64,000 nt of DNA. Source: an uncultured Mariniplasma sp. (GTDB taxonomy: Bacteria; Bacillota_I; Bacilli_A; Acholeplasmatales; Acholeplasmataceae). The stretch is taken from NCBI GenBank assembly GCA_964566285.1, contig CAZMIG010000003.1, positions 28,654-92,653 on the forward strand. Direction: 5' to 3'. Shown one piece after another: positions 46,001 to 55,234 of the stretch; position 1 is the first letter of the stretch; the number at the start of each line of letters is the position of its first letter. The notes beneath the pieces were generated by a model that searched no databases, was not told where the DNA came from, and worked only from the letters and a program-made list of their open reading frames with translations. The position numbers and the translations under genes were made by a program.

Positions 46001-47505
46001 CTGTTGAGTGGATAACTATTGATAAATGTTTCTAGAAGCGTTCCATTTCCTGCAATCATAGCATCTAAGAGAATATTATAAAACATTTGGAGATATTCAT
46101 CACCATCTTCTAAGTAGAAGGGGTCATTAAAACTATATCTCAAATCAGATGCTAAATACTGTAAATTATTAAGAACATTTCCAGTATTTTCATATTCACC
46201 GGTTAGGAAATATGTAAGTTGAACAAGTTCTTCAGGAGTAGCATAAACAGCTAATTGATCATATATAGCAGTAAAATCAAGAAGAGCTTGTGCATCTGAT
46301 ATTTCTTGTTCTAGGTCGAGAATGTCTTGTTCGTTATATGCAATATAATCTTCAAGATCACCAATATGAATTGTTACACCAACAATAGCAAGCTCATAAA
46401 GCATTGTAGCCAGGTCTGTTGAACTCATATCGAACATGTCATAAGAATCAATTTCAGCCATCATAGCTGACATACTATCAATTGTTTGCATGCGAGCTGG
46501 AGTAGTTGCAACATGTGCAAATAAAGCAAGAGCTTCAACTTGGGTCATACCCATTTCTACAACAGCGGTACTATATGCATAAACCATTTGAGACATATCT
46601 AAGTAATCTTGATATTCATAATCATCCTCAAAATCTTCTGCAACCATATCAGGTTCATAAGTCGGATCAAGAAGTGCTAATGAATTCGCATAGATTTCAC
46701 TTAGATTTGCACTTTCAATAAAGTAATTTAATACTGTCGAACTAGCAGATAAATCAGTACCTGCTTTAGCGGCTACAAAGACATCATGATCACCAGGTGC
46801 TAAGTCTAAAGTTGTAAGATCATAAGTAGTTACTGTAACAGTATAGCTGTCTTCATCCACATATACGACATAACTATCAGCGCCAGCTACAGCACTCCAA
46901 GTTAAGATACCAGCTGCAATTGCCACATTTTGTGGAACATCAAGTGTCGTTCCTCCAACAAAGTAACTCACTGTTGTAGAAGGTGATGAGGCATCCGTGC
47001 CTATCATTGCTACGACAAATACAGAATAATTTCCCTCTGTTAGAGTTAATGTTGATAAATCAAAAGTAGTCACCGTTACAGTATGTGTTTCTGTACCAAC
47101 ATGAACGACATAGCTGCTGGCATCAGTTACAGCACTCCAAGTAACAACACCATCATTAATAGCAACGTTTTGCGGAACACCTATAACCACCGCCTCAACT
47201 ACAAAGTTAATTGTTGTCGATGGCTCGGAAAGGTTTAGACCTTGCGTTGCTACAATATGAACAGGATAAGTCCCTACTGGCAAGTCAAGGGTATTAAGAT
47301 CAAAAGTAGTCACCGATACAGTATAACTATTTGAGTCAACAATAACAGTATAAGCTGTAGCATCTGTCACGGCATCCCAAGTCAGTACACCATCTGTAAT
47401 TGTAACATTTTGCGGGGTGTCTAATGTAATTGCTATTTCACCAGCACAACTAACTAATACAAATGAAATCAACAATAATAAAGTGACACGTAATAATTTT
47501 TTCAC
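43021..47505 (-). CDS. Giant acidic surface lipoprotein: three FN3/Ig-like repeats + three 239-aa tandem repeats
   Basis: 1494 aa from GTG 47505, preceded by AGGAGG. The ORF-track ATG at 47535 lies upstream of that RBS. Lipobox LVSCAG. Three copies of PQNV.I.DGV(L/V)TW.AV.(D/G)A..Y.V. The long repeats are listed as a separate feature. Confidence 0.8.
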   Translation of the reverse strand: MKKLLRVTLLLLISFVLVSCAGEIAITLDTPQNVTITDGVLTWDAVTDATAYTVIVDSNSYTVSVTTFDLNTLDLPVGTYPVHIVATQGLNLSEPSTTINFVVEAVVIGVPQNVAINDGVVTWSAVTDASSYVVHVGTETHTVTVTTFDLSTLTLTEGNYSVFVVAMIGTDASSPSTTVSYFVGGTTLDVPQNVAIAAGILTWSAVAGADSYVVYVDEDSYTVTVTTYDLTTLDLAPGDHDVFVAAKAGTDLSASSTVLNYFIESANLSEIYANSLALLDPTYEPDMVAEDFEDDYEYQDYLDMSQMVYAYSTAVVEMGMTQVEALALFAHVATTPARMQTIDSMSAMMAEIDSYDMFDMSSTDLATMLYELAIVGVTIHIGDLEDYIAYNEQDILDLEQEISDAQALLDFTAIYDQLAVYATPEELVQLTYFLTGEYENTGNVLNNLQYLASDLRYSFNDPFYLEDGDEYLQMFYNILLDAMIAGNGTLLETFINSYPLNSLYDIAWRYESIMYRNEDIVRRENEIATMNELSVFLTDEKDLVMDSATGVVDYLTLIYDTVPISMVGLLDNFMENGELTMPEYFMLKDEVVDILLTTLPSSEDFAGIYTLLFTVADAFDVATVEDYLPYADFLGEVDYTTIDLALTFIDGIDQQTVQDVMDIVDGMVIPGECYYDEFWEDYYCDGDDVDFEKAIELAVYVGNYIDTFTLDNAAKFETLTGLSEDEQVEELVNLFANSIKTVMAQEMDPDSYAMASMVIDEVLDNYTEIMAAVDVINTVGMSVVSEFLLNEGQMFLDLYDLINNGSGDLDDPLFLADVEAVLAQMVDYKAAMFNELDETSIETLLAVLKVPLKIGLMIQEIEITDFDATFDAMLVPVSTMLDLVITMLNDVDETVVIDIVSIANGMVTPGECYYDEYWDEYYCNGDDVDFEKAIELAVYIGTYLDTFKTENSAKFDAVNALFTDGQIETLLGLLAGIAKDQMEPQMDPDEFTMASAVIDEVLANYDVIVDAIAVIHSAGIGVVDQFLLNEGQMFLDLYDLINNGSGDLDNPLFLADVEAVLAQMVDYKAALLNELDEASIEALLNALRVPLKIGLMMQEIEITDFDTTFDAMLVPVSTMLDLVFTLLNDVDETVVIDIVSIANGMVTPGIDVYDEFDNYMYTEPDIVDFDKVIELAVYVGTYLDTFKTENSIKFDAVNALFTDGQIETLLGLLAGIAKDQMEPQMDPDEFATVSLVIDEVLADYDNIIAATQVIGSIGGNVVDEFLSNEGQMFLDIYDLVNNGPGDLTDPLFVADVEALIAQALNYNAAIIDTLDIANVQTLLKLVRIPLVVQLSMDATMEPADVNIMFNALLVPVSTVIVNIISIEEDLVAAIDGLDLSVVATWNITGDDASIALLVLALDDTLTTLNEALIFTSITIVSDNILKNADVLVLNESTVEDVDLMIGDVETMFTDLFAEIHAIALLDFTVMTQVDIDRLYALMDMLPTVGSEEPA
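43420..45580 (-). repeat. Three intragenic tandem repeats with a period of exactly 717 nt
   Basis: Anchors are at about 44056, 44773 and 45490 (PG(E/I)...YDE motif). The segment 43821-43925 matches 44538-44642 with a single mismatch, while flanking parts are more diverged. Confidence 0.85.
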
Positions 47506-47713
47506 TATAAATCTCCTCCTTTTTATAAAATCCAAAACAGCAAATACACATCTCTTCCCCTTATTTCTGAAAATAAGAGAGTGTACAAATGAAATAACAA
47601 CATGATAAAAATATCGTATTGCAACATAAATATGTAATGATTACGTATATTATACTATCTTTCATGTATGAAATACAAACTTAGCATGTTACTTATTAAA
47701 AATTAGAAAAAAG

Positions 47714-50233
47714 TTAATATGTTTTTACAACATCGCTTGGTTTTATTCTCAAAACACCCCAAAGATAAATAATTTTAGTAGCAATAAAAACCAAAAGAAT
47801 AATAAAACTTCCTAGTAAAACAGATTTTAGCGATAATTGAATATTTTCATATTCTCCAGAAATTAGTATTAACTGACTCAAAACACCGGATAGAAGAATG
47901 AAACTGAAAATAGAAGTTATCATGAGAATGAAAAATAGCAAGGCGCTCTCTTTTGTAAGCATAGCAAGCATTTTTCGTTTTGAAAAACCCAAAACATATA
48001 AGCGAGCATATGAATCCTTCATTTGTTCCAAGAGTAGAATAGAATGATTGAAGATGGAGAGAATAAAACATCCTATAATTGTTGATAGAATAATAATCAT
48101 ATAATCTGTCACGGTTTGCAGCTCTGATATTTTTGAATCAACTACGAGTTGAAAATCTAAGATATAAACCATATTTTTACTATAAAGGTTGATGAGTTCA
48201 TTCTTTAGCGTTTCTTTATTTGCGCTTGCATTAACGAAAATTGCATTTTGACTAACATCATCATAGATAGGAAACAAATGAAGATTAACAAGTGCCATAT
48301 CCCCAATTTCCTTTTTAAAAAAGCCACCAATTTCAAATGATTCATGAGGATGTAAGGGGCTAATGTTTAAATGGATTATTTCACCAATCTGCATAGCGTA
48401 AAGCATTTGAAATCTTTCAGGTAATAAGATGACTAATTTTTGTGTATTCGAGAGATTCTCAAGTGACTCAGAAGATAAATCAAAATTAAAATAATCTGAT
48501 AGGTCTTGAGAATCTATTGATATGACACTACTGATATTTTGTTCAAAATCCACAAAATTAATACTCTTTAGATATCCGACTTTGGCAACATCATCAACAT
48601 TATCCAACATCTCTATTTGGTTAAAGGTTTCATCATAACGACTAATAAAATTAGTTAAAATGAAATCAACTTTAAATTCGTTTTCATAATTGCTAATTCG
48701 CTTATTCATATGATCATTCGAAAGAACGAGTAAAAAGATGCTCACAAAGCACACCAGCATGACAGCAATGTATTGATAGAAGGATTTCTTTGCAGATAAA
48801 ATTTTAAATTGAAGAGCAAAAATTAAAGGTTTCTTTTTAATATATTTTATCTTTGAAAATAGATAGATGAGTAAAAAAGCGAGTGAAAACAAAATAGCAA
48901 TTATTGATAATGATTGAATAATTGCTTCACACTCTCCAAATAACGGATTCGTAACACTTAATTTTGGAATAAAATAGATAAATAAAAATGTGATAAAAAT
49001 AATTAACTGAGGAATGAATTTGATTTCTTTTTCTATACCTTGGCTCATTGTTTGCTGTATCGACGATTCCTTATTAAACACAGTGAAATAATAAAATGAA
49101 GTTAATATATATATTACAGAAGCAATCAGCGCTGACCAAAGAATTGATGATAATTCCAACTGGTAACTTGCAGATGATCCTACATAACGCAACCCATTCT
49201 GCATTACAGCATTAGAAATAAACACAGATAATATCAAAGAAAGCGTAAAGAAAAATAATATCTCAATAAGAACGACCCCATATGAAAACCAATGAGATCC
49301 CCCAAGTAATTTAACAATAGCAAATCCCTTTTTCTTTTCTTGGAAATATAGTAGAAATGTTGTTTGCATTACCAATAAAATTACCAAGACAACAATAACT
49401 ACAATAAAGTTGAAAAAAGAAGAAGTTCTTCTAACTAACTGATTAAGCGCATCTTCATCAATTGACTGTTGAAAATTCAAACCCGAGAATTGAGTTATTG
49501 AAGAAATATTTTGCATGGCTTGTTCTGTTTGTGTTCCACTTTTCACTTCAAAATAAACTTGATTATAAAAATTAGTTAAAAGAATTGGATTTAAAGAACC
49601 CAATGAGGGATTTAAAGCTGATAAGAAAAACGATAAACTTCCTTCTTTATTTAGATAGATTGTTTCACCTTGAAATAATCCACCATCATCTACGATATCA
49701 ACGATATTATATTCTTTAGTTAAATCTCCCAAAAATAGTGTTAAATAATCACCAGCTTCTAATTGATATGAATCTGAAAGACTTCGTGTAATAATAACCT
49801 CATCATCTTCTAAGGTGGCATTGGTGTAGTGAATTGGATTTGTTACCTTTATGAAGTTATCTAGAGTTGAAGCCATGGTTTTAACATATTGTTTAGAACC
49901 ATTAATTTCAACGAGTGTATCCATTTCAAAGAAGGGTGCATAATCTTCAATGTAAGTATCGATATCAGAGGCTTCAGTAAGAGGACGAATTGAAAAAAAC
50001 CTCAAATTACTATTCAAGGTAATACCCATTGAAAAATCAATATCTCGATATTTATCGACAAGTTCATCATAATAGTATGATTTGATGAACATTTGCGTTG
50101 AAGAACCTAATAGTAATGTAACAAATAAAGCAATGAAACTAAAGATGAGTAGAATTGATCTCAGTCTGAAACGAATTAGATTCTTGAATGCAAACCGAAA
50201 TGAAAATCCAAATCTATTGATTGTTTTTTTCAT
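47714..50233 (-). CDS. ABC transporter permease, duplicated FtsX/MacB-type (two TM1-ectodomain-TM2-4 halves)
   Basis: 839 aa. Hydrophobic clusters and two large extracytoplasmic segments. Overlaps the upstream ATPase gene by 20 nt. Confidence 0.8.
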   Translation of the reverse strand: MKKTINRFGFSFRFAFKNLIRFRLRSILLIFSFIALFVTLLLGSSTQMFIKSYYYDELVDKYRDIDFSMGITLNSNLRFFSIRPLTEASDIDTYIEDYAPFFEMDTLVEINGSKQYVKTMASTLDNFIKVTNPIHYTNATLEDDEVIITRSLSDSYQLEAGDYLTLFLGDLTKEYNIVDIVDDGGLFQGETIYLNKEGSLSFFLSALNPSLGSLNPILLTNFYNQVYFEVKSGTQTEQAMQNISSITQFSGLNFQQSIDEDALNQLVRRTSSFFNFIVVIVVLVILLVMQTTFLLYFQEKKKGFAIVKLLGGSHWFSYGVVLIEILFFFTLSLILSVFISNAVMQNGLRYVGSSASYQLELSSILWSALIASVIYILTSFYYFTVFNKESSIQQTMSQGIEKEIKFIPQLIIFITFLFIYFIPKLSVTNPLFGECEAIIQSLSIIAILFSLAFLLIYLFSKIKYIKKKPLIFALQFKILSAKKSFYQYIAVMLVCFVSIFLLVLSNDHMNKRISNYENEFKVDFILTNFISRYDETFNQIEMLDNVDDVAKVGYLKSINFVDFEQNISSVISIDSQDLSDYFNFDLSSESLENLSNTQKLVILLPERFQMLYAMQIGEIIHLNISPLHPHESFEIGGFFKKEIGDMALVNLHLFPIYDDVSQNAIFVNASANKETLKNELINLYSKNMVYILDFQLVVDSKISELQTVTDYMIIILSTIIGCFILSIFNHSILLLEQMKDSYARLYVLGFSKRKMLAMLTKESALLFFILMITSIFSFILLSGVLSQLILISGEYENIQLSLKSVLLGSFIILLVFIATKIIYLWGVLRIKPSDVVKTY

Positions 50234-50894
50234 CCTTGATCACTTTCCCATCCAACATATGCAACGTTCGAGTTCCATAGATGGTTGTGTCTTCATTATG
50301 AGTAACCATCAAAATAGTTTTATGATATTTTTGATTGAGTTCTTTAAATAATTCCATAATGGCAAGTCCATTTTTATAATCTAGACTACCAATCGGTTCA
50401 TCAGCAAAAATGATTTTAGGTTCATTAATTAAACATCTTGCTATAGCTACTCTCTGTTGCATACCACCAGATAGTTGAGAAGGATAGTAACTACTATAAT
50501 CTTTCATACCAACTGACTCAAGAACATCAATTATCTCATCTTTCGACTTATTGATACCTAAAACTGAGGATAGAAGAATATTTTCGTAGACTGTTAGATT
50601 AGGAATAAGGTTATAAAATTGAAATACATAACCAATGTCTTGTGAACGCATTTTTGCTTTTTCTGAATCTGTATACGTGTCTAATTCTTTGCCAAACATT
50701 GATATAGAGCCACCCGTATGCGGTTCAAGGCCACCAAGAACGTACAAGAGTGTAGTTTTTCCCGATCCTGAAGGTCCACAAATAGATACAAATTCACCTT
50801 GGTCAATAGAAAAATCAATGCCTTTGAGAACTTCGTGGACAATTTTTCCATTTAGATAATCTTTCTTTAATCCAGAAACGATAATCTGCTTCAT
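50214..50894 (-). CDS. ABC transporter ATP-binding protein (MacB/LolD/FtsE-like)
   Basis: 226 aa. Walker A GPSGSGKTT, signature LSGGMQQRVAIARCL, Walker B IFADEP. Confidence 0.9.
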   Translation of the reverse strand: MKQIIVSGLKKDYLNGKIVHEVLKGIDFSIDQGEFVSICGPSGSGKTTLLYVLGGLEPHTGGSISMFGKELDTYTDSEKAKMRSQDIGYVFQFYNLIPNLTVYENILLSSVLGINKSKDEIIDVLESVGMKDYSSYYPSQLSGGMQQRVAIARCLINEPKIIFADEPIGSLDYKNGLAIMELFKELNQKYHKTILMVTHNEDTTIYGTRTLHMLDGKVIKDEKNNQ

Positions 50895-50946
50895 TTGTAC
50901 TCCTCTTTTATCTTCATTGTATCATATATCAAGTATAGTATATATA

Positions 50947-50974
50947 TAAAAAAGCAACTGAACATCAGTTGCTT
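50947..50974 (-). terminator. Rho-independent terminator after lysS
   Basis: Stem AGCAACTGA/TCAGTTGCT, followed by T6 on the minus strand. Confidence 0.65.
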
Positions 50975-50981
50975 CAAAATT

Positions 50982-52466
50982 TTATCTAGGCTTTAAATGG
51001 GGGAATAAGATGACATCTCTAATGTTAGGAGTATTTGTTAATAGCATAACGAATCTATCGATTCCAATCCCTAGGCCACCTGTTGGAGGCATACCGTATT
51101 CTAAGGATTCAACAAAGTCGATATCCATTTCAGTCGCTTCATCGTTGCCTAATTCTTTTTCTTTTAATTGATTTTCAAATCTTTCTCTTTGATCTATTGG
51201 ATCATTGAGTTCACTAAAAGCGTTTGCGTATTCACTAGACATGATATACAATTCAAACCGGTCTGTGTAGCGTGAATCTTTAGCACTTTTTTTTGCTAAA
51301 GGACTAATTTCAAGTGGGTGTCCATAAACCATTGTTGGTTGAATAATGACTGGTTCAACATACTTCTCAAAAAATGATTCAACAATATGGCCTACACTGA
51401 AGTGTTTTTCAATGTGAATATCGTGAGCTTCAGCAAGTTTAAGTGCCTCATCAAATGTATATTTTTTCCAAAAATCAACACCAGATAGTTCCTTAATTGC
51501 ATCAACCATATGCCAACGTTTCCAGGGGCGAGCCATATGTATGACTTGGTCATTAACATTTAATTCATATGTTCCTAAGGTTTCATAAGTTATTTTTGAA
51601 AGACAATCTTCAACTAGATCCATCATGTCTTCCATGTCAGCATAAGCTAAGTAAGCTTCAATTGTTGTAAATTCTGGATTATGTTTAGCATCCATACCTT
51701 CGTTTCTGAAGAGTCTACCAATTTCATATACCGCTTCCATGCCACCTACGATAAGTCTCTTTAGAGGCAATTCAGTAGCAATTCGCAAGTAGAAGTCCAT
51801 ATCTAGAGTATTGTGATGTGTAACAAATGGACGAGCGGATGCTCCACCTAAAATACTATGAAGTACTGGTGTTTCAACCTCAACAAAGCCTTTTGCATCA
51901 AAGTATTTTTGAATTTCACGTATTATTTTTGGTCTCATGAAAGCAACTCTTCGAGCTTCTTCATTGACCATTAAATCAACATAACGGCGACGTCTTGACT
52001 CTTCTTTATCTTGTAAACCATGAAATTTATCGGGTAGTGGTCTAAGTGCTTTTGTCAGATGAGTAAATACTTGCGCCTTAACGGTGAGCGCATTAGTTTT
52101 AGTTCTGAATAGAACGCCTTTGATACCCACAATGTCACCTAAATCTGCTTGTTTAAATATCTCATAAGAGTCTTCGCCAATAGCATCTTGTCTGACATAA
52201 ACTTGAATTTGTCCATCTCTATCTTGAAGATTCATAAAGCCAGCTTTACCTTGCCCTCTTTTAAGCATGATTCTTCCAGCAACAGTGACTTCAATATGTT
52301 TTTCTTCAAGTGTATCGTGATCATCAGCTTGGTATAAATTAAAAATTTGTTTGCTGTTATGTGTTCTAACAAACTTTTGACCGAAGGGTTCAATTCCTTT
52401 ATTTTTAAGTTCTTGTGCCTTCTCGCGACGCACAATTTGTTGTTCTTTCAAGTCTTCTGGATACAT
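50982..52466 (-). CDS. lysS: Lysyl-tRNA synthetase, class II
   Basis: 494 aa. Motifs [15 protein letters not shown] and [15 protein letters not shown]. Confidence 0.95.
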   Translation of the reverse strand: MYPEDLKEQQIVRREKAQELKNKGIEPFGQKFVRTHNSKQIFNLYQADDHDTLEEKHIEVTVAGRIMLKRGQGKAGFMNLQDRDGQIQVYVRQDAIGEDSYEIFKQADLGDIVGIKGVLFRTKTNALTVKAQVFTHLTKALRPLPDKFHGLQDKEESRRRRYVDLMVNEEARRVAFMRPKIIREIQKYFDAKGFVEVETPVLHSILGGASARPFVTHHNTLDMDFYLRIATELPLKRLIVGGMEAVYEIGRLFRNEGMDAKHNPEFTTIEAYLAYADMEDMMDLVEDCLSKITYETLGTYELNVNDQVIHMARPWKRWHMVDAIKELSGVDFWKKYTFDEALKLAEAHDIHIEKHFSVGHIVESFFEKYVEPVIIQPTMVYGHPLEISPLAKKSAKDSRYTDRFELYIMSSEYANAFSELNDPIDQRERFENQLKEKELGNDEATEMDIDFVESLEYGMPPTGGLGIGIDRFVMLLTNTPNIRDVILFPHLKPR

Positions 52467-52500
52467 TGTTAATCCTCCTAATTCAAGATATTATATCATA

Positions 52501-52528
52501 GAAAAAGCCATAATTAAAGTTATGGCCG
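52501..52528 (-). terminator. Hairpin plus T-run overlapping the end of the S4 gene (possible attenuator or terminator before lysS)
   Basis: Stem GCCATAA/TTATGGC, followed by T5 on the minus strand. A TATAAT-like box and AGGAGGA follow before the lysS ATG. Confidence 0.45.
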
Positions 52529-52765
52529 TTTTTCTTCTTGTAAAAGTTCATACATAAGTAGATCTTTTTTAAGTTCTAATGATATCACTTTAACCTTGAT
52601 AATTTTTGAACCAAGATAAAGTGTTAAGATATCATTTTCTTTAACAGCAGTAGAAGGTTTTGCTATTTTTCCATTAATCTCTACCTTTTCTTTTTCTACT
52701 GCTTGTTTTGCAATTGTTCTTCGCTTGATAATGCGAGCAACCTTGAGATATTTATCAAGCCGCAT
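52520..52765 (-). CDS. S4-domain RNA-binding protein (YabO/RqcP/Hsp15-like)
   Basis: 81 aa. [38 protein letters not shown]. Overlaps the ftsH 3' end by 11 nt. Confidence 0.75.
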   Translation of the reverse strand: MRLDKYLKVARIIKRRTIAKQAVEKEKVEINGKIAKPSTAVKENDILTLYLGSKIIKVKVISLELKKDLLMYELLQEEKRP

Positions 52766-54677
52766 TAGTAACTAGTTCCTGTTTTTCATGCCACCATGAT
52801 AGTTTACCAGTTTCGACGATTTCATCGATGTCAGCTTTAGTGAGTGTTTCAACTTCAACAAGATAGTGAGCAATTAAATCTAATAATTCACGATTTTCTT
52901 CAATAATTGTTTTTGCAGTATTGAAGCATTCAGTAATGATATGACGAACTTCCTTATCAATTTCATGTGCAACTTGATCTGAGAAGTTCTTTTCTTTGAA
53001 GTAATCTCTACCTAAGAAAACATTACCTCCAGAACTTTCATATTGGATAGGACCTAAATCACTCATCCCATATTCTGTAACCATAGATCTTGCAATTTTA
53101 GTTGCAATCTTGAAGTCATTATATGCTCCCGTTGTTACAGTATCAAATACAATTTCTTCAGCAACTCTACCACCAAGATAAGAAATAATATGAGCTGTTA
53201 ATGATTTCTTTGTTTCAAGGAACTTTTCTTCAGCAGGAATCATTAGATTATAACCACCAGCAATACCTCTAGGAATAATAGTTACTTTTTGAACAACATT
53301 TGCATCTTCTAATTTAATACCAATAACGGCATGTCCAGCTTCGTGATAAGCAACGGTTTTCTTCTCACTAACTGAATATTTTCTACTCTTTTTAGCAGGT
53401 CCCATCATTACTCTATCAATAGCTTCATCCATATCTGTTTCAGATATAAGGGTACGATTATCACGAGCAGCAAGTAAAGCTGCTTCATTTAATAAATTTT
53501 CAATATCAGCACCAGTAAAGCCTGGAATGCGTGCTGCAAATACATCTAATTTAATTTTAGGATCCAATTTTTTATTTCTTGCGTGAACTTGAAGAATAGC
53601 TGCACGTCCACGTACATCAGGTAAATTGATTGTGATTTGACGATCAAAACGACCTGGACGAAGTAATGCAGGATCTAATACATCAGGGCGGTTTGTTGCT
53701 GCCATAATGATAATTCCCATATTGGTTGTAAATCCATCCATTTCAACGAGTAATTGATTTAATGTTTGTTCTCTTTCATCATGTCCTCCACCTAAACCAG
53801 CGCCACGTTGACGTCCTACAGCATCAATTTCATCAATGAAAATGATACAAGGTGAATTTTCTTTTGCAACCTTAAATAAATCACGTACACGAGAAGCACC
53901 AACACCAACAAACATTTCAACAAAATCAGAACCTGAAATTGAGAAGAATGGGACATTGGCTTCACCAGAAACTGCTCTAGCGAGTAGAGTTTTACCAGTA
54001 CCAGGAGCACCTACAAGAAGTACACCTTTTGGAATTCTAGCACCCATATCAATATATTTTTTTGGTGCTTTTAAGAAATCAATGAGTTCTTCCATTTCTT
54101 GTTTTTCTTCATCGCATCCAGCAACATCTTTAAATGTTATTGATTTTTCACGATTGAGTTTTGCTCTATTTTTAGCAAAATCGAATGCTTTGCTATTTTG
54201 ATTATTTGCATTTTTAAATATGACAAATAGAATGACGAGCACCAAAATGATTGGTACTAAATTAAATAAGACAGACCATATGGTAATACCGGATTTTGCA
54301 ACGACATTCGTTGTACCCCCATAACCCTCTACGGTATCTAAGATTGATTGAGCTTGCTCAATTCTCATGACTCTTTCAAAGCTTACAATATTATTGTACA
54401 AAGCTTTTTGTTGGTCGTAAATTTTACCAGTCACTTGAACTAAGTCAAAATTATCACCACCGATTAATGAATATTCGATAGATTCTATATGTTCGAGTGT
54501 TGCTGCTTGTTCAATTTCAGAAACAGTCAACTCTTGTACTTGTCCTTCAAGAGCATCTCTTAAAAATAAGAAGATACCAATGACAACGACAAGTGTAAAT
54601 AGCATGATTAGGTAATCGGGCTTTTTACGATATTCAATTTTTCTTTTTGGGTCAGTTCTTTTTGGGTTTTGATTCAT
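52755..54677 (-). CDS. ftsH: ATP-dependent zinc metalloprotease FtsH
   Basis: 640 aa. Two TM helices, Walker [12 protein letters not shown], zinc motif HEAGHA. Confidence 0.96.
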   Translation of the reverse strand: MNQNPKRTDPKRKIEYRKKPDYLIMLFTLVVVIGIFLFLRDALEGQVQELTVSEIEQAATLEHIESIEYSLIGGDNFDLVQVTGKIYDQQKALYNNIVSFERVMRIEQAQSILDTVEGYGGTTNVVAKSGITIWSVLFNLVPIILVLVILFVIFKNANNQNSKAFDFAKNRAKLNREKSITFKDVAGCDEEKQEMEELIDFLKAPKKYIDMGARIPKGVLLVGAPGTGKTLLARAVSGEANVPFFSISGSDFVEMFVGVGASRVRDLFKVAKENSPCIIFIDEIDAVGRQRGAGLGGGHDEREQTLNQLLVEMDGFTTNMGIIIMAATNRPDVLDPALLRPGRFDRQITINLPDVRGRAAILQVHARNKKLDPKIKLDVFAARIPGFTGADIENLLNEAALLAARDNRTLISETDMDEAIDRVMMGPAKKSRKYSVSEKKTVAYHEAGHAVIGIKLEDANVVQKVTIIPRGIAGGYNLMIPAEEKFLETKKSLTAHIISYLGGRVAEEIVFDTVTTGAYNDFKIATKIARSMVTEYGMSDLGPIQYESSGGNVFLGRDYFKEKNFSDQVAHEIDKEVRHIITECFNTAKTIIEENRELLDLIAHYLVEVETLTKADIDEIVETGKLSWWHEKQELVTNAA

Positions 54678-54694
54678 AAAAACACCCCTTTATA

Positions 54695-55234
54695 TTAATG
54701 ATTATATACATCTGGTTTTAAAATTCCTACATAAGGTAGGTTTCTGTAGTATTCGTTATAGTCTAATCCATAACCTACAACGAATTCTTTTGGAATTACT
54801 TTTCCAACATATTCAGGTTGGAATGGTCTAAGTCTGCCCTCTGTTTTGTCTAATAGCGTAACCACTTTAACAGATTTTGCTCCACGATGTTTAAAAAGTT
54901 CAACAATTGTGACAATTGTGTTTGCAGTATCGATGATATCTTCAACGATAAGGACGTCTCTACCTTTAATTGAGATGTCTAAATCCATTTTAATTTTAAC
55001 ATCTCCAGAGGAAGCAATTCCTCCGTGATAACTACTTACAGCCATATATGCAATGTCAAATTTGAGATTGATTTCTTTTGATAAATCAGACATAAAAGGC
55101 ATACATCCTTTTAGTAGTCCGACTAGGAGTGGTTGTTTGTCTTTGTAATCCTGAGTTAATTGTGCTCCTAATTTAGTACAAATTTGAGCAATTTCTTCTT
55201 CAGAAACTAGAACTTTTGCTATATCATTTCGCAT
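54695..55234 (-). CDS. hpt: Hypoxanthine-guanine phosphoribosyltransferase
   Basis: 179 aa. PRPP-binding loop VLIVEDIIDTANT. Conserved tilS-hpt-ftsH order. Confidence 0.92.
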   Translation of the reverse strand: MRNDIAKVLVSEEEIAQICTKLGAQLTQDYKDKQPLLVGLLKGCMPFMSDLSKEINLKFDIAYMAVSSYHGGIASSGDVKIKMDLDISIKGRDVLIVEDIIDTANTIVTIVELFKHRGAKSVKVVTLLDKTEGRLRPFQPEYVGKVIPKEFVVGYGLDYNEYYRNLPYVGILKPDVYNH

